DNA of 37,892 nt from Chiloscyllium plagiosum. Lineage: Eukaryota. Below, piece after piece: positions 1 to 11,168 of the stretch; position 1 is the first letter of the stretch; every line of letters begins with the position of its first letter. The translations under genes and the position numbers were made by a program. The notes under the pieces are model-generated. The model did no database searches. It was not told the DNA's origin and worked only from the letters and a program-made list of their open reading frames with translations. The stretch covers positions 56,707,857-56,745,748 of the forward strand of contig NC_057718.1 in the NCBI RefSeq assembly GCF_004010195.1, read 5' to 3'.

Positions 1-535
1 CCAATGCCCCATGAAGTGGAATCTCTCTTTCCCACACCAATCCCTTAGCCACGTGTTTACTTGCCTAATTTTCTTGTCCCTCTGCCAATTGGCACGTGGC
101 TCGGGCAGTAATCCGGATTTTATGACCCTTGAGGTCCTGTGCTTCAATTTCCTGCCTAGTGCTTCATAATGCCCAAGCAGGTCCTCCACCCTAGTCTTGC
201 CTATGTTGTTGGTATCAACGTGGACCACAACAACTGGATCCTTCCCCCTCCCGCTCCCATATCCTTTCAAGACGGTCGGAGATGTCTCTCACCCTGGCAC
301 CGGGCAGGCAACACACCATGCGAGACTCTCGATCCGGCTTGCAAAGGATACTATCTGTCCCCCTAATTATAGAATCCCCTATAACCACTACTTGTCTATT
401 AGCTCCCCCCTCTTGAATGGCCTTCTGCACCATGGTGCCTTGGTCAGTTGGCTCATCCTGTCCAGAGCCATTTTCCTCATCCGAACAGGGAGCAAGAATC
501 TCGTACCTGTTGGACACGGTCAAGGGCTGAGAAAA
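1..535 (-). mobile_element. CR1/HER1 LINE ORF1 fragment (SGNH esterase)
   Basis: ORF 215..571 contains SNRYEIL, VVVIGDSIIRGTD and CCLPGARVRD. After a frameshift it continues VVVHVGTNNIG...SGLLPEPRA, typical of CR1 ORF1 esterase. Confidence 0.88.
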
Positions 536-694
536 CAAGAACTTCTTGATGGGCAAAAAGAACTTCTTCAAAGAAAGCTTTTATAAAAAGAGAAGCCAAG
601 GTGAACAGAGTCCCCTTAGAGTGGTGGAAATAATAAATGGCAGAGGAGTTGAAGAAATACTTTGCATCAGTCTTCACACCAGAAGACACCAGAA

Positions 695-1011
695 GGCACG
701 GTGGCACAGTGGTTAGCACTGCTGCCTCACAGCGCCAGAGACCTGGGTTCAGTTTGCACATGTGGGTTCAGTTTGACTGTGTGGAGTTTGCACATTCTCC
801 CCATGTCTGCGTGGGTTTCCTCCGGTTGCTCCGGTTTCCTCCCACAGTCCAAAGATGTGCGGGTCAGGTGAATTGGCCATGCTAAATTGCCCATAGTGTT
901 AGGTTAAAGGGGTAAATGTAGGGGTATGGGTGGGTTGCGCTTCGGCGGGTCGGTGTGGACTTGTTGGGCCGAAGGGCCTGTTTCCACACTAAGTAATCTA
1001 ATCTAATCTAA
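695..1011 (+). mobile_element. HE1 (V-SINE) tRNA-derived SINE, young subfamily
   Basis: A box TGGCACAGTGG, core gtggagtttgcacattctcccc, LINE-like tail gggccgaagggcctgtttcc and (TAATC)n end. Confidence 0.93.
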
Positions 1012-2006
1012 TAGCAGTCCAAAATTACTAAGCATTCAAGGGGCAAAAGGAGGAGAGGAAATAAATACAATAACTATCAGTCGAGAAAAAATGCTACAGA
1101 AACTAGTGAGGCTGAAGACTACCAGGTTGCCTGGACCAAATGGGATGCATCCCAAGATATTCAAGGAGACATAGCTACAGAAACAGTGGATGCACAGGTA
1201 CTAATCAACCAGGATTGGAAAATTGCCAATGTAACATGTTCATTTCAAAAGGAAAGGAGATATAAAATATTGCCAATTATGTCTATCATTGGTAAAATGT
1301 TAAAGTCTATTATAAAGCAGCAATAGCACAGCAATTTGAAGTATGTAAATATGATCAAGCAGTCAGCATGGCTTCGTGAAGGGCAAATCATGCCTGACAA
1401 ATGTTCTAAGTTCTTTGAGCAGGTAACAAGTAAGAGAAAGGGAAAGTGTTGGATGTAATATATTTCGATTTTTGGAAGGTGTTAGATAAGCTACCTCACA
1501 TTAGGCTACTTAATAGGAGCCCATGGTGTTGGAGACCATAATAAAAGCATGCATAAAGATTGACTAACTGACAGAACATAAAGTTGGGATAAAGGCTGCA
1601 TTTTCAGAATGATGATCTGTAACCAAAGGGATCCATGATACACCCACAATTATTTACAATATATATTAATTATTTTCTTTGAGGAAAGTAAATGTACTGT
1701 AGTCAAGTTTGCAGATGACACAAAAATAAGTTGGACTGCAAATGATAAGTTTGACACAGATTCTGCAGAGGGATACTGACAGGTTAGGTAAGCAGGCAAA
1801 AAACTTAGCAGATTTAATAACATGTGGGGAAATGAGAGCTATGCACTTGGCAGGAAGAATAGACGAGTTTTACATCATCCAAATGGACAGAGAATGCAGG
1901 GATTTTGCAGTCCTCATCCATGGATCTAGCTAGCATTCAAGTTCAGCAGGTGATAGAGAAGGCAAATGATCTCAAAATGATTGAGCAGACTTGATAGACT
2001 GAATGG

Positions 2007-2416
2007 TAAAAACAAGGACTGCACATGCTGGAAACCAGATTCTAGATTAGAGTGGTACTGGAAAAGCACAACAGGTCAGGCAGCATCCGAGGAGCAGAAA
2101 AATCGACATTTCGGGCAAAAGCCCTTCATCAGGAATAGAGGCAGGGTGCCTGCAGAGTGGAGAGACAAATGGGGTGGTGATGAAGGTGATAGGTCAGGGA
2201 GGAGGGTGGTACTCTATGCTACTTTCTCCCCACCCCCCACCCCCATTCACCTATTGTACTCGATGCTACTTTCTCCCCACCCACACCCCCCTCTCATTTA
2301 TTTCTCCACTCTGCAGGCACTCTGCCTCTATTTCTGATGAAGGGCTTTTGCCCGAAATGCCGATTTTCCTGCTACTCGGACGCTGCCTGACCTGCTGTGC
2401 TTTTCTAGAACCACTC
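2007..2416. mobile_element. Fold-back Penelope-like element remnant (inverted terminal arms with hammerhead motifs)
   Basis: Arm of about 2049-2170 is the reverse complement of about 2296-2417. A 15-bp direct repeat tgatagactgaatgg lies at 1992-2006 and 2417-2431. Confidence 0.85.
2101..2136 (-). ncRNA. Minimal hammerhead ribozyme motif (PLE type)
   Basis: Minus strand reads attc-CTGATGA-a-GGGC-tttt-GCCC-GAAA-tGTC-gatt. Confidence 0.6.
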
Positions 2417-2448
2417 TGATAGACTGAATGGCCTACATCTCTTCCTAT

Positions 2449-3605
2449 ATAGTCACAGAGTCATAGGAGATGGACAGCATGGAAACAGACCTTTCGGTCC
2501 AACAGGTCCATGCCGACCAGATATCTCAACCCAATCTAGTCCCACCTGTCAGCACCCGGACCATATCCCTCCAAACCCTTCCTATTCATGTATCCATCCA
2601 GATGCCTTTTAAATGTTGCAATTGTACTAGCCTCCACCACTTCCTCTGGCAGCCCATTCCATGCATGCACCACCCTCTGCATGAAAAGGTTGCCCCTTTG
2701 GTTTCCATTATATCTTTGCCCTCTCACCCTAAACCTTTGCCTTCTAGTTCTGGACTCCCCCATCCCTTGTCTATTTACCCTATCCCTGCCTCTCATGATT
2801 TTATAAACCTCTATAAGGTCACCCCCTCAGCCTCTGACACTCCAGGGAAAACAACCCTAGACTATTCAACCTCTCTCTATTGCTCAAATCCTCCAACCTT
2901 GGCAACATCCTTGTAAATCTTTTCTGAACCTTTTAAAGTTTCACAACATCCTTCTAATAGGAAGAAGACCAGAACTGCATGCAATATTCCAAAAGTGGCC
3001 TAATCAATGCCCTGTACAGCCACAATATGACCTCCCCACCTCCTGTACTCAATACACTGACTAATAAAGGAAAGCATACCAAACACCTTTTTCATTATCC
3101 TATCTATCTGCAACTGTACTTTCAAGAAGCTATGAACCTGCACTCCAAGGCCTCTTTATTCAGCAACACTCCCTAGCACCTTACCATAAGTCCTGCTAAG
3201 ATTTGCTGTCCCAAAATGCAGCATTTTGCATTTATCTGAATTTAACTCCAACTGCCACTCCTCAGCCTATTGGCCTATCTGATCAGGATCCTGTTATAAT
3301 CTGAGGTAACCTTCTTCACTGTCCACTACACCTCCAATTTTCGTGTCATCTGCAAACTTACTAACTATACCGCTTATGCTCACATCCAAATCATTTATAT
3401 AAATGATGAGATGTAGTGAACCCAGCACCAATCCTTGTGGCACTCCACTGGTCACAGGCCTCCAATCTGAAAAGCAACCCTCCTCCACCACCCTCTGTCT
3501 TCTACCTTTGAGCCAGTTCTATATCCAAATGGCTAGTTCTCCCTTTATTCCATGAGATCTAACCTTGCAAACCAGTCTCTTTGGGGAACCTTGTTGAACA
3601 CCATA
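2449..3605 (-). mobile_element. CR1/HER1 LINE 3' fragment (RT to tail)
   Basis: ORF 3294..3491 has SGVPQG...YINDLD...KFADDTK. ORF 2536..2796 has WNGLPEEVVEA. Ends in a ctatgact-type tail. Confidence 0.92.
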
Positions 3606-3644
3606 CAGATCACAGCTACCACTTTGCTCTCACTAATTATGTTC

Positions 3645-4576
3645 TTAAGTTGAATGAGTGGAAAGTGCCTGGAATATACAATATAACATGGATAAATGAA
3701 GATAACATGAAGTTATCCACTTCAGTAGGAAAAAAACGACTGGCACAGTATTATTTAAATGGTGATTTATTGGGAAATGTTGATGTACAAAGGGACCCGG
3801 TTGTCCTCATACAATGGTCAATGAAAGCAAGTACACAAGTTCAGCAAGCAATTAGGAAGGACTTCATTGCAAAAGAGATCGAGTACAGGAGCAAGTTTTG
3901 CTGCCAAGTACTTGGAGTTGGTGAGACCACATCTGGATTATTACAAGCAACGAAGAGCTTGTGTTAACCAGGACTCTAGTCACTGAAGTTTAGAAGAATG
4001 AGATGGGTCTCATTGAAACATAAAATTCTGTCAGGGTTGTATAGACTGGTTGCAGGGAAATACTAAAACTAAAATTGCTGGAAAAGCCAGCAAATCTGGC
4101 ATCTGTGAACAGAAATCAGAGTAAACGTTTCAGGTCCGGTGATCCTTCCTCAAAGTTCTGAAACGTTAGCTGTGCTTTCTCTTCACAGATGCTGCCAGAC
4201 CCATGAGCTTTTCAAGCAATTTCTATTTTTGTTTGTGATTTACAGCATCCACAGTTCTTTCAGTATTTACTGATTACAGGGATGATGATTACAGGGGTCA
4301 TAATATAAGGGCTAAGCTATTTCAAGCTTAGCTGTGTTGAAATCTCTCACTCAGAGGGTGATGAATTTGTGGAATTCTCTCCCACAGAAGCCTGTGGAGG
4401 CCATGTCACTGACAATACTTAATAAATAGATGGATTTCTAGAAGGTGAAAGTGTCAGGAGAATGAGGAGAAAACAGGAGCATGGCATTGAGATAGAGGAA
4501 TGACATTTATGCTACATGGTGGAATGGGTTGTTGGGTCAAATGGCCTACTCCTGCTTTTATTTTCGTTGTTCCTAA
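3645..4576 (+). mobile_element. Older CR1 LINE 3' fragment, interrupted by a PLE hairpin
   Basis: YYLNGDLLGNVDVQRD...KASTQVQQAIRK in ORF 3581..3967, and tail aatggcctactcctgc near 4540. Confidence 0.8.
4059..4268. mobile_element. Short fold-back PLE remnant, second family
   Basis: aaaattgctggaaaag...aaacgtttcagg is inverted against gaaacgttagc...agcaatttct. Degenerate flanking repeat actggttgcaggga / actgattacaggga. Confidence 0.75.
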
Positions 4577-6042
4577 GTTTTTTCAAGATTTAGGAACTTG
4601 GGCTTAGAATTTATGAGCCAGAGACTGAACTACAGATACTGATGCATCAAGGAGGGGAAAGTTATCCGGATTCTTTGTATTGGGAGGCAGCCTTACCACT
4701 TATTTTTGGAGAGAAGGGAAGAGACAGGAGTGAAGGATAGCCCAGTTTTGCAAGCCTGGATGATTTTTTCACAATTTTAGTTAGGGAGACCATTGCCTGA
4801 TAATGCTTTAGGTGGTCCAGCTTGGTCTAGAGGTGAATAGTTAAACCAATTACTCACCAAACACTTTAACATCTGAGTTTCTTAGAAAGAGCAAAATATA
4901 CCAGGATGAACAATTTTGCTGAGAATGAGTAATAGTTCTTGTGAGACATGGTATTAAAGGTGCTGCAAAGGGTGTGCTTTAGAAAATTAATAGATGTTAT
5001 GGTGAATTAAAGGTCAAAAACTAACTGAGAACGTGAAAGTAGCAATTGATTTACTAAGTTTTTTTTGCCCAATGTAGACACAGAATTAAGGTTTCTTGAG
5101 GGATGGAGTATGGGTAGATAGTATTACAAGGAAATAATCAGAGATTGCCTTCTCAGTGATTAAATGACAGAGGCTACTACTGCCTGAAACTGGAGAAATA
5201 TCAAGCAGTCTGTAAACTGGAAGGTCACTCAGTGAAATACTTCCACCCCTTAAATCCCCTCACAGGTGCAAAACAAAATGACCAACTCACAGGAAGGAAT
5301 GTACAAATTCTAGCAACATGATAATCATGTACCTCTCAAACCAAGACCAAATTTACATCAGGTCTTAAACATCTCATTGGTTTTAATATGAAGAAAATAA
5401 TATCGATTGTCTTGACACTTCAGGGACAAAAGGCGGCTCAGGTGCCTGACAGGACAACAGTTTTAACTGCTTAGAAAATCAGAGTGACAAAACCAGAAGA
5501 TAGAGCAAATTAGTTAGGGCAAAAGAGCAAATCATATACAGCTGGGAAAGACGCAGATGTTTCTCTTAGTAGGCTTGTTCAAATTAGTGCATTTTATGTT
5601 TGCAGTTTTAGACAATTAGATGCAAAAGGAAACTTAATTTAAAACAATTATACAAAAAAGTCAAAGGTGAAAGAAAAAAAATGCACCGACAAAAAATCTT
5701 TCCCCTGTTAAACAAGAGCAATAGGATTAATATAGACCTTTTATTTACATTGTCGTTGAGCTCCAGAACCACAAGGGAAATCACCTGGTTTTAAAATATC
5801 AATTTTTGGCACTGAAGATTGAAAACTACTTCAGTGATAGTCAACACATAATTCTAATATTGATATACTACTGTCGTCTTAACTGCACAAGAGAATTACA
5901 GGACCAAATCTCAACAAATCCTACTTATAAAATAGTAAATTTTAACATGATGAAATAAAATAAATAATCACACACTGTTAGTATACTAGTGTAGCACAAA
6001 TTTTTTATGTCCATTGGTCTCAATGAAGTGTCTTTTAATTCC

Positions 6043-6385
6043 TAGAATCCCTACAGTGTGAAAACATCCCTACAGTTCACACTGACTCACTGGACAGCAT
6101 CCCAGACTCACCCCCTCCACCCTATCCCTGTAATCTGCATTTCCCATGGCTAATCCACCTAACCTACATATCCCTGGACAATACAGGCAATTTAGCATGG
6201 CCAATGCATCTAAGCTGCACATCTTTGGACTGTGGGAGGAAACCAGAGCACTCAGAGAAAGCCCACACATGACATGGGGAGAATGTACAAACTCCACACA
6301 GTCAATCACCTGAGGCTGGATTCGAACCTGGGTCCCTGGTGCTGTGAAGCAGCAGTGCAAACCACCTGAGCAATTGTGCTGCCCC
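6043..6385 (-). mobile_element. HE1 SINE, older copy
   Basis: Reverse complement of the HE1 core, with B box ggttcgaatcc. Confidence 0.88.
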
Positions 6386-6529
6386 AATAACTTTATACAA
6401 ATTGCTAATTTTGGTAGTGCAGCTTTACAACATAATCTTTTATACAGTGTTCAACTACACATATTATGAGTTGTTAATGTAACATACAAAGTTTATTTGA
6501 CAATTCACTTCAAACGAGTCAAACAATAC

Positions 6530-6730
6530 CTTTAGGCTTAAGTCTTTGTTTGGATCTCAAGCCAGAAGAGTTTGCAGTAGCTAAATTGATAGCTGTTGTG
6601 GAAAATGCCATGGACCCCAGTTCTGTCCTCCTCTGTCCAGCAGTCACCTCATTAGGCTCATCCAAATTTTCAGAACTCCCTGACCATTGTGCTCCTGCTG
6701 AAATCATAGACTGCAGCAGATCATTCATGG
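6530..6730 (-). CDS. CCDC88A: Girdin internal coding exon (201 nt, phase 1 to 1)
   Basis: Acceptor ttccatcccag|CC and donor AAAG|gtattg. Translates MNDLLQSMISAGAQWSGSSENLDEPNEVTAGQRRTELGSMAFSTTAINLATANSSGLRSKQRLKPK, matching the Girdin MNDLVQSM...MAFSTTAIN segment. Confidence 0.95.
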
Positions 6731-7562
6731 CTGGGATGGAAGTGAAAGAAAATAATTTAGCATGTTTCTTCCTTGAACATAAATATAAATTCACAACTCT
6801 TTTCTAAAATTCACATCATTTTGAGGCTGTACCTATAAAATCACCCAGTTACTCATGAAATGCTGAAAGGCTGCTTTGCCAACAAAACTCTTCAAAATCA
6901 TTAAAAAATATGAAATTTATTTAATACATTGTCAAGAAGGAATGTCATGTATTTGTTGTTATGAAAAGCGCAATTTAAAGGCAAGGACAAAGAAGCAAGT
7001 TGTTAAAATGAAGTAAAAATATGCAGAGACATTAAGATAAAACCCAGGCAACTAGTTTTATTGGGCCAAAATGTGAAGTATTCCTAAATTACAACACAGA
7101 TGAAATGACCAAAAATGTTTAAAGGAAAATAGTTTGACAATTTGTAAAGTAAAATGCTTAGAAGCTATTTCCTATTATCCTATTTCTCTTATCCCAATTT
7201 AACTCCATTTACCACTCTTCAGACCACTGACCCAACTGATCAAGATCGTTCTGTCATGTCTTGCTCTTTTATGATATTTTGATGTATAACATGGTGTCTT
7301 GGAAATTACTTTTTACTCTATTATTGGTACTTATTCAAACTATATATTAAATATTCAAAGAGAATATCAGCTTTTTATATAAAAAAAGCTGGTACTCTAT
7401 GAGCATAAATTTCTGGTTTTTCAATTTTCCTGAAACCCTTCTTAAATTGTGACAGTATCAATACCTGTGATTGCCCTCAGCAAAATTCAATAATTCTGAA
7501 ATTCCCACTGGAAAAATGCACAAAAATATTATAAATTAATGAAGCAAGCATAAAGTTGATAG

Positions 7563-8088
7563 TGTGTCATCTGCAAACTTGCTAACCATGCTTTCTATAT
7601 TCTCATGTACATAATTTACATATATGACAAAGAAAATTGCTGATCCCAGGTCTCCAGTCTGAAAAACAACCCTTCACCATTACTCTCTCTCTCCCAACGT
7701 TAAGCTAATTTTGTGTCCAATTGCCAAGCTCACTCTGAATCCCATGCGATCTAATTTTATTAACTAGTCTACCATGCGGAACCTTATCAAAGGCTTTACT
7801 CAAGTCCAAATAAACAATTTCTACTGCTCCACCCTTGTCAATCTTCAATCAAGTTTGTGAGACACGATTTCCCTCGCACAAAACCATTCTGGCTATCCCC
7901 AATCATTCTTTGCCTCTCCAAATGCATATAAATCCTGTCTTTCAGAATCACTTCCAACAGCTTATCCACCAATGAAGTCAGGCTCACAGGCTTCTCCTTA
8001 CATCCCTTCTTAAACAATACCACAACATTAGCCACTCTCCAGTCATTCGGCACCTAGCCCGTATTTATAGATGATACAAATATTTATT
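7563..8088 (-). mobile_element. CR1 LINE RT fragment
   Basis: ORF 7838..8053 has DWRVANV...GFVRGKSCLTNLIE, and KFADDT lies near 7565. Confidence 0.88.
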
Positions 8089-8789
8089 CTCCAAAGTACT
8101 GCTGAAGTTTAACTTTACTTAAAACTCTATTTTTGAGCATTGTAGATAGACACATTCTCTTAGTTCCTGGTAGAGCTTCTGCCTTGTTCCAGGACACACT
8201 ATATAATTAAGCGACATTGACATCATCATTACATAATTATACTCCATTACCATTATACATTCTTCTGATGTTTCATTACTATAAAGGCAGTTTGGTCGGC
8301 TGTGGTGTGCTAATAACATTATCTTCTGTATTCACTAGATCATTGACAGTGATGAGGTTTTCTGCAGGTTCTTGTCAGCGATTGCACAATAAGTTATTTA
8401 TTTTACCTTTCAAATGGGGCTAGATCTTCAAAGAGTCAAGGAGCTGGGATGTGGTGCAGCAGGAATTTAAAACCATACTCAAGGCAGTCATCTTGGTATT
8501 CCTATGCCTCTGGTAGGTGGGGTATAGGTGAAGTAGAGCGAAGGGAACAGGAAATTTAGTTGTCACAAATTAGCAGACTATCAAGCTCCTTAACAGCTTG
8601 TTAAAAAGTTCTGTCAGTTCAGAATATGAACTTTTAACAGTGAGCACAAAATGTCTCGAGACCAATCCTTCAATTTCTAAACAGTTACGTTTGTTAATAA
8701 ATCAGGAAAACGTGCTACCAGTTTGGGCTGGATTCATGAGCCTGAGCTGGGGTGGGTGAGATCAAGGGCCAACTGGACTGACTGGTACG

Positions 8790-8995
8790 GTTGGAACCTA
8801 ATATTCTATCTACATGAACTGTATTTTTGTCCAAATGATGGATGTCACCTTTATGCACCAACACTGTGATATTTCTATTAAGTAAAGCAAGTCGACCTCT
8901 CCTTTCTCCCTCTTTAACTTTTCTAAATATATCTAGAACATTCAACTCCCAGTCTTTATTTTTTTGCAATAATATCTTTGTAGTCATGAATATAT
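8790..8995 (-). mobile_element. Very decayed CR1 ORF2 endonuclease fragment
   Basis: DWELNV..IFRK..EGERRGRLALL resembles the CR1 APE motif WELNIPGY..FRKDR...GGGVAL. Confidence 0.55.
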
Positions 8996-9468
8996 TTGGT
9001 GCCACAAAATGTAAACTTGTTCCAGCTGTAGATGATTATTGATGCCTGCCCAATTTAGTTTACTTTCAGAGTCTACTGTGCACTATCAATTATCAAGATA
9101 ATGTGAATGAAAATAATAGGTTAGTGCAAGAAATATCATGAGAATGATCAGTTTTAGCATGATGCACAGGCACTACTGACTAGTTGACACAGATGCATGA
9201 CAGAAATAGTGGGGATTAACATGACAGGAGAAGAATTTTAGTAATATTGACTCTTACAGTAACTGGACACATATGTAACAAATATATTACATATTTAAAT
9301 ACTACAGTCAGTGGGAGAAACATGAAGTGACTTAAGTAGTGCTAAAGTTCTTCTGTTTATAAACAAGTTACTCTCTGTTTCAGGAGTCAAAGTATCAGCG
9401 AAGCCATATGAGACAGTTTATATCCCTTGTAATGATACTGGTTGAGGTTCCTTTGGTTTTGGCTTGAA

Positions 9469-9810
9469 GGTGCAGCATGGTGGCTCAATGGTTAGCACTG
9501 CTACCTCACAGCACCAGGGACCCAGGTTCGATTCCAGCCTCGAGTGACTGTCTGTGTTGCGTTTGCACATTCTCCCCATGTCTGCGTGGGTTTCGTCTGG
9601 GTGCTCCAGTTTCCTCACAATCCAAAGACGTGCACATTAGGTGAATTGGCTGCGCTAAATTGTCCAAAGTATTCAAGGATGTGTAGGTTAGGTGCATTAG
9701 TCAGGGGTTAAATATAGGAGCATGAGTCTGAGCAAGTTACTCTCCGAAGAGTCGGTGTGGACTTGATGGGTTGAGGGCCTGTTCCCATGTTGTAGGGTTT
9801 CTAATTCTAA
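9469..9810 (+). mobile_element. HE1 SINE
   Basis: A box tggctcaatgg, B box ggttcgattcc, HE1 core and tail. Confidence 0.9.
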
Positions 9811-9829
9811 AAAGGTGGCAGAGGTTGAA

Positions 9830-10450
9830 TAATCTGCCACAGCTTCTGTAAGTTAGCTCTGCTCCAGCAGGGACCTGTTGACGGTGAGGTGAAGCATTGC
9901 AGTGAGATAGATCAAGAACATCGTTGGGGCGATGATGGAGTCATGCCTGACACTGGTCCAAAAAGGGAATGGGTTAATGGCAGAGCCATTTGTCATTACC
10001 ACAGCTGCCATGTCATTGTGAAGCAGGTGAAGGATGTTGATAAACTTTATGGTGCAACCAAAGTGGAACAGGATGCTCCATAATGCTTCCCAATTGATGG
10101 TGTCAAAGGCCTTTGTAAGGTTGAAGGAAGTCATGTACAGGGGTAGGTTCTTTTTTCTGCATTGTTCCTGCAGCTGTTGCATAGTGAAAACCATGTCCTT
10201 CGTGGCCAAAAGCCACACAGACTCTGGTAGGAGTTCCTCAGCCACAGGGAGGATATGACTGAGGTGGTGCTTGGCGATGATTTTTCCAGTGATCGACATC
10301 AGGGAGATTCCCCTGTAGTTATCACAGTCATAACTCTTCACTTTTTTGAAAATACTCATGACAGTAACATCTTGGAGCTCTCCTAGGATGCTGTCTATTC
10401 AGATAAGGCAGACAAGAGCATGTAGCTGCAGCAGGAGCTTTTTGCCTCTG
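9830..10450 (-). mobile_element. RTE-clade LINE RT fragment
   Basis: ORF 9853..10359 reads DCDNYRGISLMSITGKI...DMVFTMQQLQEQC...KAFDTINWEALW...IIAPTMF, characteristic of RTE RT. Confidence 0.85.
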
Positions 10451-11032
10451 CAAAAGTCACCCAAACCAGTGTCAGAGCTGCAGTGCACAATACTGTAATT
10501 ATATCAGCCTCCACCATTTCCTCTGGCAACTTATTCCATACACACAATACCCTTTGTGAAAAAGTTGCTCCTTAAATCCCTTTTAAATTTAAAATTGGTA
10601 TGATTTACAACTCAGAAATGCTAAAGACTAGGAACCATACTTTTTGAATGACTAACAAATAAGGCTACTGGGTACATAATTTGATTAGCAGTATTTTGTC
10701 ACTTCAACAGCTGGAAAATAAATCAATAAAGACATTATTCTGAGAAAATGCATAATCAGTAATTGCAGACCAAACAAATGTGACTGCAAATGGAAGAAAA
10801 GGAATCTGAAGAAAGATATGGAAAAACAATGAGCTCTGCAAATCACATTGAAGTAAGTGGAGGTCAAAAAGGTTGAAAATCTGTATTTGCAGAAATAGTT
10901 TAAAAAAGGGTTGTCAAGTGGATAAGAAAAGCCTTGAATATAATGGCAACAGATTGTAAAGCATGCAAATCTTCAAAGGAAGGTGACAATTAAAAATGGT
11001 GCAGGTGTTGGACAGGGGGTGGACAAAGTCAT

Positions 11033-11168
11033 AAGTGGCACGACACCAGGTTATAGTCCAACAGATTTAAATGGAAATCACAGGCTTCACCTGACGAAGG
11101 AGGAGCACTCCAAATGTTTGTGATTTCAAACAAACCTTTTGGACTATAAACTTGGTGATGTGAGACTT
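11033..11168. mobile_element. Tiny fold-back PLE remnant, third family
   Basis: acaccaggttatagtccaacag is inverted against cttttggactataaacttggtg. The loop holds cac-CTGACGA-a-GGAG-gagca-CTCC-aaa. Confidence 0.7.

Larger units (their letters stand above)
570..2448 (+). mobile_element. Decayed CR1 LINE ORF2/RT and 3' tail, interrupted by an HE1 SINE and a PLE
   Basis: MAEELKKYFASVFT at 638, QHGFVKGKSCLTN near 1365 and KFADDTK near 1705. The 3' tail gatagactgaatggcctac is split by the 2007-2416 insertion. Confidence 0.85.

Noticed and set aside
695..760. tRNA-like A/B boxes here and in other HE1 copies
   Set aside because: These are SINE heads with no cloverleaf, so not tRNA genes.
5160..5216. 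Minus-strand frame VYRLLDISPVSGSSS resembling human Girdin EDISPQG
   Set aside because: Only a 4-residue match and no plausible phase-1 donor, so probably chance. The next true exon is likely outside the window.
5749..5784. Possible 36-nt phase 1 to 1 exon (aaccag|...GDFPCGSGAQRQ...|gtaaat) on the minus strand
   Set aside because: Weak pyrimidine tract and donor, and no recognisable Girdin similarity.
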